Origin: Sphingomonadales bacterium
Lineage (GTDB): Bacteria > Pseudomonadota > Alphaproteobacteria > Sphingomonadales > Sphingomonadaceae
Assembly: GCA_038238915.1 (NCBI GenBank)
Contig: JBBSFH010000003.1
Location: 105,294 to 169,293, forward strand
Length of the DNA: 64,000 nt
Direction of reading: 5' to 3'
Of the stretch, positions 45,076-54,209 are shown one piece after another; positions within the stretch are counted from its first letter, which is position 1; each line of letters starts with the position of its first letter. Both the position numbers and the translations under genes were made by a program. The notes beneath the pieces were generated by a model, which was not told the origin of the DNA, searched no databases, and saw nothing but the letters and a program-made list of their open reading frames with translations.

Positions 45076-47021
45076 CCGTGCTGCCAAGCCAGCCATCGCG
45101 CAACGCCGATGCGGATTTCCTCGCCGCGCACGCGGAGACGCTGCGCGAGGCGATCGCCGCCGCCGATCCCGCGACGCTGCTGCTTGTTCTCGTCCAGCTG
45201 ACGGGGGCGCGCGCGTGGCTGGACCGCGCCCGGCCGTACATCGCGGGACCGATGAATTACCACGAGACGATGCCGGATGAGATGCGCACCGCAATCCGCG
45301 CGGAGTTGTACGACACTCTCCTGGATCATGCGCGGCATCCTCGCCCATGGCCCCCGATCCCGAGCGGAGAACTGCTCAACGACATGCTTGGCACTGCGGC
45401 GGGCGGCGCGGTCAGCGAAGATTATGCAGCAATGATGCGCGAAGACCTCGATCCCGCGCACCACGCGCCACGCGAACTGGCGCGGCGCGACACGAAGGCG
45501 CGCGTGCCGGACGATTTCAACGCGATCATCATTGGCGCGGGAATGTCGGGTATCGGCGCGGCGATCTACCTGCACGAAGCGGGCATCCGCTTCACGATCC
45601 TCGAAAAGGGATCGGCGGTCGGCGGCACGTGGTACCAGAACACCTATCCCGGTTGCGGGGTCGATACGCCCAACCATTTCTACTCCTATTCGTTCGAACC
45701 CGATTTCAACTGGACGCACTTCTACGCAAAGCGCGACGAACTCTGGCGATACTTCGAAACCATTGCTGACCGCCACGATCTGCGCCCGCACGTCCGTCTC
45801 GGGACCGAGGTAGTCTCGACCACATGGGACGAAGCCGCCGCGCGCTGGACGGTAGTCTCGCGCGACCGGGATGGAGTCACCCAAACGACCACCGCACGCA
45901 TCGTGATTTCGGCGGTTGGCATCCTCAGCCGCCCCAAATGGCCCGAGATCGAGGGATTGGACAGTTTCGTGGGCGTCAAGCTCCACAGCGGCGCTTGGGA
46001 TCCCGCGTTCGACTGGCGCGGCAAGCGCGTGGGGCTGATCGGTACCGGCGCTTCCGGCCACCAGATCGGTCCGACCATTGCGCCCGATGTCGCCAAGCTA
46101 TCGATATTCCAGCGTTCGCCGCACTGGGTCGTGCCGAACCCCAACTATTTCCTCGAAGTCTCGCCCGGCAAGCAGTGGGCGCTGGAGCATATCCCCTTTT
46201 ACGCGCGCTGGTATCGCTTCCAGCTCTTCTGGGCGTTCGCGGACGGCCTGCACGACGCGCTGAAGATCGATCCGGATTGGGGCGATCCCGCGCGCTCGAT
46301 CAACCGCGCCAACGATCGGCACCGGCAGTTCATGGAGCGCTTCATCAAGGCCGAACTCGGTGAGGACTCGCCACTGCTGGCCAAAGTGCTCCCGAGCTTC
46401 CCGCCCTATGGCAAGCGCATTCTGATCGACAATCACTGGTATCGCATGCTCAAGCGGCCCAATGTCGATCTCGTCACCGAGCAGATTCGCCGCGTCGTGC
46501 CTGAAGGCATTGAGACCGAGGACGGCGTGGTCCACCCGCTCGACGCGGTCCTGTGCGCGACGGGCTTCCAGGCGAGCAAGATGCTGGCACCGATGCGGGT
46601 CACCGGCCGTCGCGGTGTCGAGCTGCACCAGATGTGGAAGCCCGATGACGCCACCGCATATCAGGGGACGATGGTACCCGGCTTCCCCAATTTCTTCCTG
46701 CTGCTCGGCCCCAACACCGCGCTCGCGCACGGCGGCAACGCGATCTTCATCGTCGAATGCCAGATGCGCCTCGTGATGAATGCGCTGAACGCCCTGGTGG
46801 ACGAGAACCATATCTCGGTCGACGTGCGCGAGTCCGCGCACGACGCTTACGTCGCCGAGGTGGACCGGCTGCATCGCGGAATGGTCTGGTCGCATCCGGG
46901 CGTCAAAAGCTGGTATCGCAATGCGGCCGGCCGCGTCTTTGCGGTGCTGCCGTTCCGGCTGGTGGATTTCTGGAAGATGACGTCCAGCCTCGACCGTGAC
47001 GCGCTTGCCTTCAGCGATTGA
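45072..47021 (+). CDS. Type I Baeyer-Villiger (flavin-containing) monooxygenase
   Basis: GTG at 45072 overlaps the MBL stop (GTGA). FAD GxGxxG IIIGAGMSGIGAA, GGTWYQNTYPGCGVD, BVMO fingerprint FVGVKLHSGAW (FxGxxxHxxxW), NADP site GLIGTGASGHQ. Confidence 0.85.
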   Translation: MTVLPSQPSRNADADFLAAHAETLREAIAAADPATLLLVLVQLTGARAWLDRARPYIAGPMNYHETMPDEMRTAIRAELYDTLLDHARHPRPWPPIPSGELLNDMLGTAAGGAVSEDYAAMMREDLDPAHHAPRELARRDTKARVPDDFNAIIIGAGMSGIGAAIYLHEAGIRFTILEKGSAVGGTWYQNTYPGCGVDTPNHFYSYSFEPDFNWTHFYAKRDELWRYFETIADRHDLRPHVRLGTEVVSTTWDEAAARWTVVSRDRDGVTQTTTARIVISAVGILSRPKWPEIEGLDSFVGVKLHSGAWDPAFDWRGKRVGLIGTGASGHQIGPTIAPDVAKLSIFQRSPHWVVPNPNYFLEVSPGKQWALEHIPFYARWYRFQLFWAFADGLHDALKIDPDWGDPARSINRANDRHRQFMERFIKAELGEDSPLLAKVLPSFPPYGKRILIDNHWYRMLKRPNVDLVTEQIRRVVPEGIETEDGVVHPLDAVLCATGFQASKMLAPMRVTGRRGVELHQMWKPDDATAYQGTMVPGFPNFFLLLGPNTALAHGGNAIFIVECQMRLVMNALNALVDENHISVDVRESAHDAYVAEVDRLHRGMVWSHPGVKSWYRNAAGRVFAVLPFRLVDFWKMTSSLDRDALAFSD

Positions 47022-47023
47022 GC

Positions 47024-48046
47024 ATGTCAGCCGGACAACTAGCGGGCCTCAAAGTGGTCGAGTTTGCCGGACTTGGCCCGGTTGCCTTCGCCGGCATGAT
47101 GCTGGCCGACATGGGGGCGGACGTGACCCGCATCGCGCGCCCGGGCGAGCCCGCGGTCAGCCCCGGCGATCCCGCGCTCGACATCCTGCTGCGCGGCCGC
47201 GCCTACGTCAGGCTTGATCTGCGCTCCCCAGGCGGGGTTGCGCAAGCCATGCCGCTGGTCGAACAGGCGGACATACTAATCGAGGGCTTCCGCCCGGGCG
47301 TGATGGAGCGGCTCGGCCTTGGTCCTGAACCGTGCGTCGCCGCGAACCCCGCGCTGATCTACGTGCGCCTCACCGGCTGGGGGCAGACCGGGCCGCTCGC
47401 GCACAAGGCGGGTCACGATATCAACTATCTCGCGGTCGCGGGCGCGCTGCATCCGATCGGTCCGGCGGGCAAACCGCCCGTACCGCCGCTCAATTACATC
47501 GGCGATTTCGGGGGCGGGGGGATGCTGGCGGTAGTCGGCGCGCTCGCCGCGCTCGCCGCGCGAGCGCGCACGGGACGCGGCGAAGTGATCGATGTGGCGA
47601 TGGTCGATGGCATCGGCCTGCAGATGGCGATGCTATACTCGTGGCGGGCAATGGGCTTCTGGACCGACCGGCGCGGCGAGAATCTGCTCGATGGCGGTGC
47701 GTATTTCTATCGCTGCTACGAAACCGCAGACGGGGCTTATCTCGCGGTTGGCGCACTGGAACCGCAGTTCCACCGGGCCTTTATCGACGGTCTGGGCCTC
47801 GACCCGGCTGGGTTCGAGCCCCAATATGACCGATCGCGATGGCCAGAACGCGCCGAGCGCATTGCCGGGGTGATCGCCGGGAAGACGCGCGCCGCATGGG
47901 TGGAGGCCTTCGCCGATCTCGACGGCTGTGTGTCGCCGGTGCTCACACCCGACGAAGCCATCGACCATCCCGCCAGCCGCGCGCGCGCGGCGCATATCGA
48001 GGCGGCGGGACAATGGCAGCCCGCCCCCGCACCCCGCTTTGGGTGA
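47024..48046 (+). CDS. Family III CoA-transferase (CaiB/BaiF, alpha-methylacyl-CoA racemase-like)
   Basis: MSAGQLAGLKVVEFAGLGPVAFAGMMLADMGADVTRIARPG..., DILIEGFRPGVMERLGLGPE, GHDINYLAVAGAL. ATG at 47024 (the track ORF opens at TTG 47018). Confidence 0.85.
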   Translation: MSAGQLAGLKVVEFAGLGPVAFAGMMLADMGADVTRIARPGEPAVSPGDPALDILLRGRAYVRLDLRSPGGVAQAMPLVEQADILIEGFRPGVMERLGLGPEPCVAANPALIYVRLTGWGQTGPLAHKAGHDINYLAVAGALHPIGPAGKPPVPPLNYIGDFGGGGMLAVVGALAALAARARTGRGEVIDVAMVDGIGLQMAMLYSWRAMGFWTDRRGENLLDGGAYFYRCYETADGAYLAVGALEPQFHRAFIDGLGLDPAGFEPQYDRSRWPERAERIAGVIAGKTRAAWVEAFADLDGCVSPVLTPDEAIDHPASRARAAHIEAAGQWQPAPAPRFG

Positions 48047-48064
48047 CCGTGATCGCCGTTGCAC

Positions 48065-48127
48065 GAAGTCCAGGGTGGGGTTTGGGGGCTGTGCGCCTCG
48101 TCACGGTTAACCTGACAGCACCGACGG
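48065..48127 (+). repeat. Intergenic repeat family, copy 4
   Basis: gaagtCCAGGGTGGGGTTTGGGGGCTGTGCGCCTCGTCACGGTTAACCTGACAGCACCGACGG. Lies in the convergent gap between the CoA-transferase and paralog A. Confidence 0.6.
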
Positions 48128-48165
48128 TTTCGCTATGGATAAAGCCCTCCAGAGCGATGTCGAGG

Positions 48166-49641
48166 TCAGCGGCGTGGCGGTGGTATCGTACGCGCTGAGG
48201 TGCCGCTTGGAGGAGCGGTCCTGTTCGGAGCGCCAGCCTGCGCTGGCCCTGCGGCCACGTGCGGTGCCGTTGTTGCGTCCGTTCTGGATGTGCTGCCTGC
48301 ACCTGCGACGGGTGCCGCATTTCCGCCCGCCGGTGGAGGCGTGACCACCGTGCCACCCGAAGCACCCGTCGCGCCACTGCTGCCGGTTGCGGGCGGCGGC
48401 GGAAGCGGCGGTGCGACCACGCTTGCCGGGATCGGTGCCCCCGCGCTTGCCAGGCGCGTATCCATCGCCGTGCGCCGCGCCGTCTCGGCGTCGCGCACGC
48501 CTGCCGCGCGCGTGCTATCCGATGCGCTCGCCAGCCGTGCCTCCTCTTGCGGATTGAGCGTGTTGACGCGGATGCGGTCCACCTCCTGAACACCCGCGAG
48601 CCGGGCGAGCGGCACATAATCGCTGCGGAAGACAAGCTCGACCTGGCTATTGAGATCGACGCTGGTGTTCGTTTCCTCGGTGGTGCGCGTCTGTTCGGTG
48701 GTGACATAGCCGATGGTGTTCTTGACGCTGGCAGATGCGCCCCATGGCCCCATGCCGAAGCTGCCGCTGGCGGCGATCTCGTTGTGCATATCGAAGCTCG
48801 ATCCGCGATCGTCGTTGGCGGCGCTGCGTGTATCGATGTGAAAGCGCATTCCCGCGCTGATCCGCCCGCTTTCGATGACGATGCGTTGCAGGCCCATCAT
48901 CACCATCGAGGAGAGCATCTGCTGCCGGTTCTTCGCCATCGCCGCGCGCGCGAAGCCCACCAGGCCCTCGGGATCGCCGCTCGGCACAGGATCTTCGGGG
49001 CGCAGCAAAAGCCCGCCGCGCAGCGCGCCCTCGCTCGGCATCTGCTGTCCGGGTGCCAGGACGAGACGGGTCTCGCGGTCGCGCTGGGCTTGGGCTTCGG
49101 CGCGTTCGTCGGGCGTCATCGCGGCGCGATCCTCGGCACTGGTATCGTCCTCGGGGCCCTGGACGCGGAAGTTGGGGAATTTATCCGCGAGCCACGCGCG
49201 CGCGCCGGACACGCCCACCTGCGCGTCGGCGAACCCTTCGGTGCTGGCTGCTACGTTGCGGATCAGATCGAGATAGGCCTGCAGCTGCTGCTGGTTGCTA
49301 TCGTTCATCGCCTTGAAGACGCCGGTGATCAGCTCGGTGACGAAGCGCGGGAAAGAGACCGCGTTCAGCACCGCCTGCGTGGTGCCCGCGAGCCGATCGG
49401 TGGCGACGCCCGAGTAAGCATGACCCGCGCCGCCCTGCGCCATGGCGAGCGGGGCGGGAGCAGCCTCAGCCTGCTGCGCGAGCGCGCGAGCTGTGTGCGC
49501 CACCTTGACGAGCGCGCCCGCGATCTCGCGGCGGGTTTCGGGATGGAGCGCGTGATAGCGTTCGGACGCGGTGAGCAGATCGCGGACTGCCCCGCGAACC
49601 TCCGGGGTTGGCGCTGCGCGTGCGAGGGCGGGCTGGCCCAC
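48166..49641 (-). CDS. Unknown family 1, paralog A (491 aa; long Pro/Ala/Gly-rich C-terminal tail)
   Basis: Shares three blocks with paralogs B, C and D: SFPRFVTELITGVFKAMNDSNQQQLQAYLDLIRNVAAS, KNRQQMLSSMVMMGLQRIVIESGRISAGMRF and VELVFRSDYVPL. No signal peptide, TM segment or nucleotide-binding motif seen. Confidence 0.75.
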   Translation of the reverse strand: MGQPALARAAPTPEVRGAVRDLLTASERYHALHPETRREIAGALVKVAHTARALAQQAEAAPAPLAMAQGGAGHAYSGVATDRLAGTTQAVLNAVSFPRFVTELITGVFKAMNDSNQQQLQAYLDLIRNVAASTEGFADAQVGVSGARAWLADKFPNFRVQGPEDDTSAEDRAAMTPDERAEAQAQRDRETRLVLAPGQQMPSEGALRGGLLLRPEDPVPSGDPEGLVGFARAAMAKNRQQMLSSMVMMGLQRIVIESGRISAGMRFHIDTRSAANDDRGSSFDMHNEIAASGSFGMGPWGASASVKNTIGYVTTEQTRTTEETNTSVDLNSQVELVFRSDYVPLARLAGVQEVDRIRVNTLNPQEEARLASASDSTRAAGVRDAETARRTAMDTRLASAGAPIPASVVAPPLPPPPATGSSGATGASGGTVVTPPPAGGNAAPVAGAGSTSRTDATTAPHVAAGPAQAGAPNRTAPPSGTSARTIPPPRR

Positions 49642-49644
49642 GGC

Positions 49645-50619
49645 TCAGGCCGCGAGCGCCGCCCACGGCGAGCGCGCGGGCGCGGTCACCGGCGCGGCGG
49701 TTGGGCCAGTGGCGGGAGAAGCGGCGGGCGCGCTCGCCTCGCCGATCTTGAGCGACAGTTGCAGCCAATCGATCGCGGCGGGGATCACCGGATGATCGAG
49801 CGCGACCAGCGGACCGGCGGTCGTGACGAGCTTGGGCGCGGCGTCCGCCAGCCACGACAGGATCGTCATCCCCGCCGCCGCCCGGCTGGCGTGGAGCGAA
49901 GTGTGCACATCGGGGAGCCGACCCATGCGCAGCGCCCCCGCGACCGCGCCCCAGACGTCGTGCGCGCCAAGCGCGAGGCGCAGATCGGGGTGGTGGAAGA
50001 TCGCGAACGCGGCCTTGATCGTGGCGAGCAGATCCTGCGCCATCATTACGGTGAGCCCGCTCGCAGCATTGGCCAGCCCCTCGGCAACGCGCGTGGCGGC
50101 GCGGCGCACGCGCGCCTGCTGCTGGAGGCCGCCCCACTGCGGATTGGTGGCGGCTTCATCGAGTTTGTAGAGCGCCTCGGTCAGTTCGATCATATCGGTT
50201 TCGAAATCGGCGTTGCCGGGATGATCGGCGGCGGCGACGCCGGTATCGCTGCCGAACAGGCGCGCGAATAGCGCCGCGCGCTCGTCCGGCGTGGCGCGCG
50301 TGTGGCGGTGTTGCCAGAATTGGGCGACATCGGGGGCGGCTCCGCCGAGTGCGAATGGAACGCCCGCACCGCTGAGCCCGGTCAGCGCCTCGGCAGCCCC
50401 GATCAGCCCGGCTGCATCGAGTTCGGCGGCAAGATACAGCCCCGCGATCGCGCGCAGTTGCGCGGAATCGGCGGTCGCGATGGGTGGCGGCAGGTCGATG
50501 CCCAGATCTTCGAGCGCCGTGGCAAAGCTGTGCGCTTGCGCGATCAGCCGCTCGGCCTCGCCGATCGCGCGCAACATCGTGGGTGCGTCGGGCGCTTCGT
50601 GGAGAGGACGCCCGGCCAT
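49645..50619 (-). CDS. Unknown family 2, short member (324 aa, all-helical)
   Basis: Blocks FWQHRHTRATPDERAALFARLFG, NADFETDMIELTEAL and HHPDLRLALGAHDVWGAV align to the C-terminal half of the 612-aa protein at 54210..56048. The start overlaps the stop of paralog B by 1 nt (TGATG). Confidence 0.7.
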   Translation of the reverse strand: MAGRPLHEAPDAPTMLRAIGEAERLIAQAHSFATALEDLGIDLPPPIATADSAQLRAIAGLYLAAELDAAGLIGAAEALTGLSGAGVPFALGGAAPDVAQFWQHRHTRATPDERAALFARLFGSDTGVAAADHPGNADFETDMIELTEALYKLDEAATNPQWGGLQQQARVRRAATRVAEGLANAASGLTVMMAQDLLATIKAAFAIFHHPDLRLALGAHDVWGAVAGALRMGRLPDVHTSLHASRAAAGMTILSWLADAAPKLVTTAGPLVALDHPVIPAAIDWLQLSLKIGEASAPAASPATGPTAAPVTAPARSPWAALAA

Positions 50620-51830
50620 CAGGCGTGCGCCGGGGCGGGCGTTGCGGCGGCGGCGGAGGGTTTGTTGGGATTGTACGGGAGCGAATTGCCCTGGATGACG
50701 CTCATCATCTCGGGCGTCGCCATCTTCTCCAGCGGCAGGTAATCGCTCTTGAAGTTGACGCGCACGTCGCCCGAGAGCTTGGCCTTGACTTCGGCCTTGC
50801 TTTCGCTCGTCTCATCGACCGCCGAGCCGACGGTGGCCATATGTTCCTGGACGTTTTCGTTGGTGTCGCTCGCGGAAACGCCCCAGCCGCTGAATCCCGC
50901 AGACGCCACGTTGCGGTTCATCGAGCTTTCCTTGTCGAACATCGATGCGCGCGCATCGGTCTTGGCAGTATCGCTCGCGCGCATATCGAACACGACTTTG
51001 GCATTTATTGACCCATCCGTAATAACTATGCGGTTTATACCGAGCATGACCATCGATGATAGCAGTTGCTGGCGTTGGCGAGCCATCTGCAATCTTGCGG
51101 CGGTGACGAGACGCGCCTCCGCGTTCGCGTCCGACAGATCAGTGATCGGCGGGTTGATGTTCATCTCGGCACTGATCTTGGCAAGCGCAACGGCGGGATC
51201 GTCGCCAACCGGCACGAGACGAGCGACGGGCGGCGCGGGATCGCCCTCGGCGAACGACGAGCTGCTCGAGATGTCGACAGCAAGCGCATCGGGAAAGCGC
51301 CCGGCGAGATAATCACGCCCCGCGCCCTCGCCGATATTGTCGGTCATGAATTGATCGACGGTCTTGGCGACGTTGGAGATCAGCTCGCCATAGGCTCGCA
51401 TCTGTTGCATCGAACTTTCGACGATCGCCTGGAAGACGTTCTTGATCAGACCACCGACGAACTTGGGGAAATCGACCTTCTGCACCAGCGCGCCGAACTG
51501 CTCGACACCCTGTTTGACCGCGCCCGCCTCGAAATTTTTGCCGACTTGTCCGGGTAGTCCCTTGGTAAGTTTGCCAAAGTTCTTGATGCCATCTGCCTGA
51601 TCCATCGCGCTCGCGGTAGGCGGCGTCGGCGTCGCCGACAGCGCGGTGCTCACCGCGTTCGGATCGGCGATGTAGCTCATCACTTTCACCATATCGCGCG
51701 CGAGCTGCTGCTGTTCGGGCTGCGGCAGTGCGCCAAACGCGGGGGCGGCGATCAGCATATCGCGCACCTGCGGACGCACGGCGGCAAGCGCCTGCCCGCT
51801 TGTCCAGCCGGGCGGATCGGCGAGCGCCAC
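50619..51830 (-). CDS. Unknown family 1, paralog B (403 aa)
   Basis: Blocks DFPKFVGGLIKNVFQAIVESSMQQMRAYGELISNVAKT, RQRQQLLSSMVMLGINRIVITDGSINAKVVF and VRVNFKSDYLPL. Confidence 0.75.
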   Translation of the reverse strand: MALADPPGWTSGQALAAVRPQVRDMLIAAPAFGALPQPEQQQLARDMVKVMSYIADPNAVSTALSATPTPPTASAMDQADGIKNFGKLTKGLPGQVGKNFEAGAVKQGVEQFGALVQKVDFPKFVGGLIKNVFQAIVESSMQQMRAYGELISNVAKTVDQFMTDNIGEGAGRDYLAGRFPDALAVDISSSSSFAEGDPAPPVARLVPVGDDPAVALAKISAEMNINPPITDLSDANAEARLVTAARLQMARQRQQLLSSMVMLGINRIVITDGSINAKVVFDMRASDTAKTDARASMFDKESSMNRNVASAGFSGWGVSASDTNENVQEHMATVGSAVDETSESKAEVKAKLSGDVRVNFKSDYLPLEKMATPEMMSVIQGNSLPYNPNKPSAAAATPAPAHA

Positions 51831-51834
51831 GGCC

Positions 51835-53136
51835 TTACGCCCGGGCGGGAGCGGCGGCGGGCGCGGCGGCGGCTGGCGGCGGCGTGGCCACGCGTGCCGA
51901 CGGCAACACGTTGGGATCGACCGGCGTGGAGTTTCCCTGGATCGCGGCGATCATGCCGGGCGTCGCCATCTTGTCCAAGGGCAGGTAATCGCTTTTGAAG
52001 TTGACTTCGACCGCGCCCATCAAATCGGCCGACGCCTGCAAGGACTCGACGCTCGAATCCTGCGCCGCGCTCATCGCGGTGATGATAGGCTTATTCTCGA
52101 ACTGGTATGTGCCCTTGGCGTAACGCTCGCTCGAACTGTCGACCGCGCCGTCCTTGTCGCGGGTGTAATTACCCTTACTGCTGCCATCGTAGGTGCCAGA
52201 CCCCGCGTAGGTCGTCTGGACGTTGCCATTCTGGTCGCGCGCCATGTCCATCGCCTGCGCGCTACGCTCGAGTTTACGGTTTTCCGCCGCTTGGAACTTG
52301 AACATCACCTTGGCCGAAATCTTGCCGCTGGTGACGACGATGCGATTGATGCCAAGCAGGACGGTGCTCGCCATCATCTGCTGGCGCTGCTTGGCAAGCT
52401 GCATTCGCGCGCCGACGACGAGCGCGCGCTCGACATTCTCGTCCGAGAGATCGAGGCTTTTCAGCTCGCCGTTCTCGAAACTCATCGAGCTGTTGACCTT
52501 CGCCCGCGCCTCACCCTCGTCCACCCCCTCGCGCAATTTCAGCTTGGGCTGCGGGTTGTCGCTCATCTCGTCGACGCCGATTTCGAACATGTCGGGGAAC
52601 TTTTGCTTAACATGATCGCGGCCGGCGTTTTCGGAGACATTGTCTTTCATGAATTCTTCCAGCGATTTGGCCACACTGGCGACCATCTTGCTGAATTCTT
52701 CCATCTGGGTAATCGACGTGTGAACGATCGCGTCGAACACGTTGGTGATCAGCCCGCCGACGAAGCCGGGAAAGTTGATGCCCTGGACGTAGTTGACCGC
52801 CGCAGTCACGCCCGCGTTGATCGCATCGGCCTTGAACCCACCCTTGCCGATCTCGCTCACTGCCTTCTGATGATCCTGAAACGTCCCCTCCTGTACCGGA
52901 CCGAAGGCACGCGCTGCGGGCGCGATGCCAAGGCCACCCGGAAGCCGCTGGCCCTCAAAACCCTCGGGCGCAGCCAGATAATCGGAGACAAGCGCCAGAT
53001 CCTTGGCGAGCGCGCGCTGCTTCTCGGGCGACATTGCAGCAAACGCGGGGCTACGCGTGAGAAGCCCGCGCACCGCCTCGCGCACTTCGGCGCGCGGGGT
53101 GGGCAGACGGACCGGGGGGGCGGAGGGCGGATGCAT
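51835..53136 (-). CDS. Unknown family 1, paralog C (433 aa)
   Basis: Blocks NFPGFVGGLITNVFDAIVHTSITQMEEFSKMVASVAKS, KQRQQMMASTVLLGINRIVVTSGKISAKVMF and VEVNFKSDYLPL. The N-terminal block PRAEVREAVRGLLTRSPAFAAMSPEKQRALAKDLALVSDYLAAP is shared with A and B. Confidence 0.75.
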   Translation of the reverse strand: MHPPSAPPVRLPTPRAEVREAVRGLLTRSPAFAAMSPEKQRALAKDLALVSDYLAAPEGFEGQRLPGGLGIAPAARAFGPVQEGTFQDHQKAVSEIGKGGFKADAINAGVTAAVNYVQGINFPGFVGGLITNVFDAIVHTSITQMEEFSKMVASVAKSLEEFMKDNVSENAGRDHVKQKFPDMFEIGVDEMSDNPQPKLKLREGVDEGEARAKVNSSMSFENGELKSLDLSDENVERALVVGARMQLAKQRQQMMASTVLLGINRIVVTSGKISAKVMFKFQAAENRKLERSAQAMDMARDQNGNVQTTYAGSGTYDGSSKGNYTRDKDGAVDSSSERYAKGTYQFENKPIITAMSAAQDSSVESLQASADLMGAVEVNFKSDYLPLDKMATPGMIAAIQGNSTPVDPNVLPSARVATPPPAAAAPAAAPARA

Positions 53137-53162
53137 CGGACTTCACTCCGTCTTGGAAGGGA

Positions 53163-54197
53163 TCAGGCGGCGAGTTGCTGGAGCGCCTGCGGACTCACCT
53201 CGAACTCGGCCGGACGCAGATAAAGGCTGATGCGCGGCGGCGCGTTGACGCCAGCGCGCACCGAGAGGATCGAGAAACGCCCGGGCCATACCTCGTCCTC
53301 GGGCGTGAACGCGGTCATCCAGCGACTGAGCGCGGCGAGTTCGCGCGGGCGTTCGGACATGCCGAGCGTCAGCAGGCTCAAAAACTCGGGCGGCAGATCG
53401 GGGATGCGCGCCAGCTGGACGTACAGCTCGAATTCGGGGCCGTGGTGCCCGATCCCGAACGCCATCAACGCCGAGGCGGGAGGAAGCTCGAAGCGCCCGC
53501 CGAGCACCAGGCCCAGGATTTGCATGATGCCGGGCAACCGCTCCCCCATCCCCAGTTCGTCGAGCACCGGACCGAGATCGGAGAGTTTGAGCGCATCGGG
53601 ATAGATGAACGTCAGCCGCTGGCCGCCCATATCGCGCTGCGCGCTGATCGTGGTGAACAGCGGCCTCAGCCCCGGCAGCATCCGCTGCGCGGTGGTGACC
53701 ACCTGGAACAGCGCAGGCGGCAGCTGCATCATCGCGGCGGGCGAGGTTTCGTAATAGACCTTGGAGGCATACAACCCGTCGCTATCGGTCGCAGCGCCGA
53801 AGAACGCGCCATAATCGAGGTTGTCCGATCCGAACCCGCGATAGGGTTCGGAGCGCTCGTCGAACCAGCGCAGCGTATCGCGCCCCAGGAACGCGCCGAC
53901 CATGCGGCGCATCTCGCGCGTCGCCTCGTCGCGCCGGTCCGCACCGCTTGCCTGCGGGGGCAGCGGTTCGATCGTGAAGCGGAGCTTGACGGGCTGCGTC
54001 TCCGAAAAGCTCGGCTCGAACGGTGCGGCCATCGGCGAGAGCGCGTTCCTCGCATAGCGCGGATCGCCTGCGGGCATCGGAAAGGTGCGGCCGATCAGGT
54101 CCGCCATCGGCGGTCCGGGATCGGCGGCTCCCAGCGCGCGCGCCGCCTGCGCGAGCCGCTGGGTGACCTTGGCGGAGAGGGGTTGGATGCGCATCAT
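53163..54197 (-). CDS. Hypothetical protein, possibly ABBA/DMATS-like aromatic prenyltransferase fold (tentative)
   Basis: 344 aa with recurring beta-strand motifs spaced like alpha-beta-beta-alpha repeats: VKLRFTIEPL, SKVYYETSP, QRLTFIYPD, EFELYVQL, RISLYLRPAEF. Assigned by pattern only. Confidence 0.3.
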   Translation of the reverse strand: MMRIQPLSAKVTQRLAQAARALGAADPGPPMADLIGRTFPMPAGDPRYARNALSPMAAPFEPSFSETQPVKLRFTIEPLPPQASGADRRDEATREMRRMVGAFLGRDTLRWFDERSEPYRGFGSDNLDYGAFFGAATDSDGLYASKVYYETSPAAMMQLPPALFQVVTTAQRMLPGLRPLFTTISAQRDMGGQRLTFIYPDALKLSDLGPVLDELGMGERLPGIMQILGLVLGGRFELPPASALMAFGIGHHGPEFELYVQLARIPDLPPEFLSLLTLGMSERPRELAALSRWMTAFTPEDEVWPGRFSILSVRAGVNAPPRISLYLRPAEFEVSPQALQQLAA

Positions 54198-54209
54198 GAT
54201 GCTCTCTCC

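Noticed and set aside
39139-46061. Minus-strand track ORFs 39139..40329 (396 aa), 44155..45348 (397 aa) and 44541..46061 (506 aa)
   Set aside because: They are antisense to the TetR, ligase, MBL and BVMO genes, which have clear family motifs. Their composition is typical of shadow ORFs.
38081-48127. The 38-48 kb block as a mobile genetic element
   Set aside because: I could recognise no integrase, transposase, tRNA attachment site, conjugation or phage genes. Only the flanking short repeats are suggestive, so it is reported as a finding rather than called a mobile_element feature.
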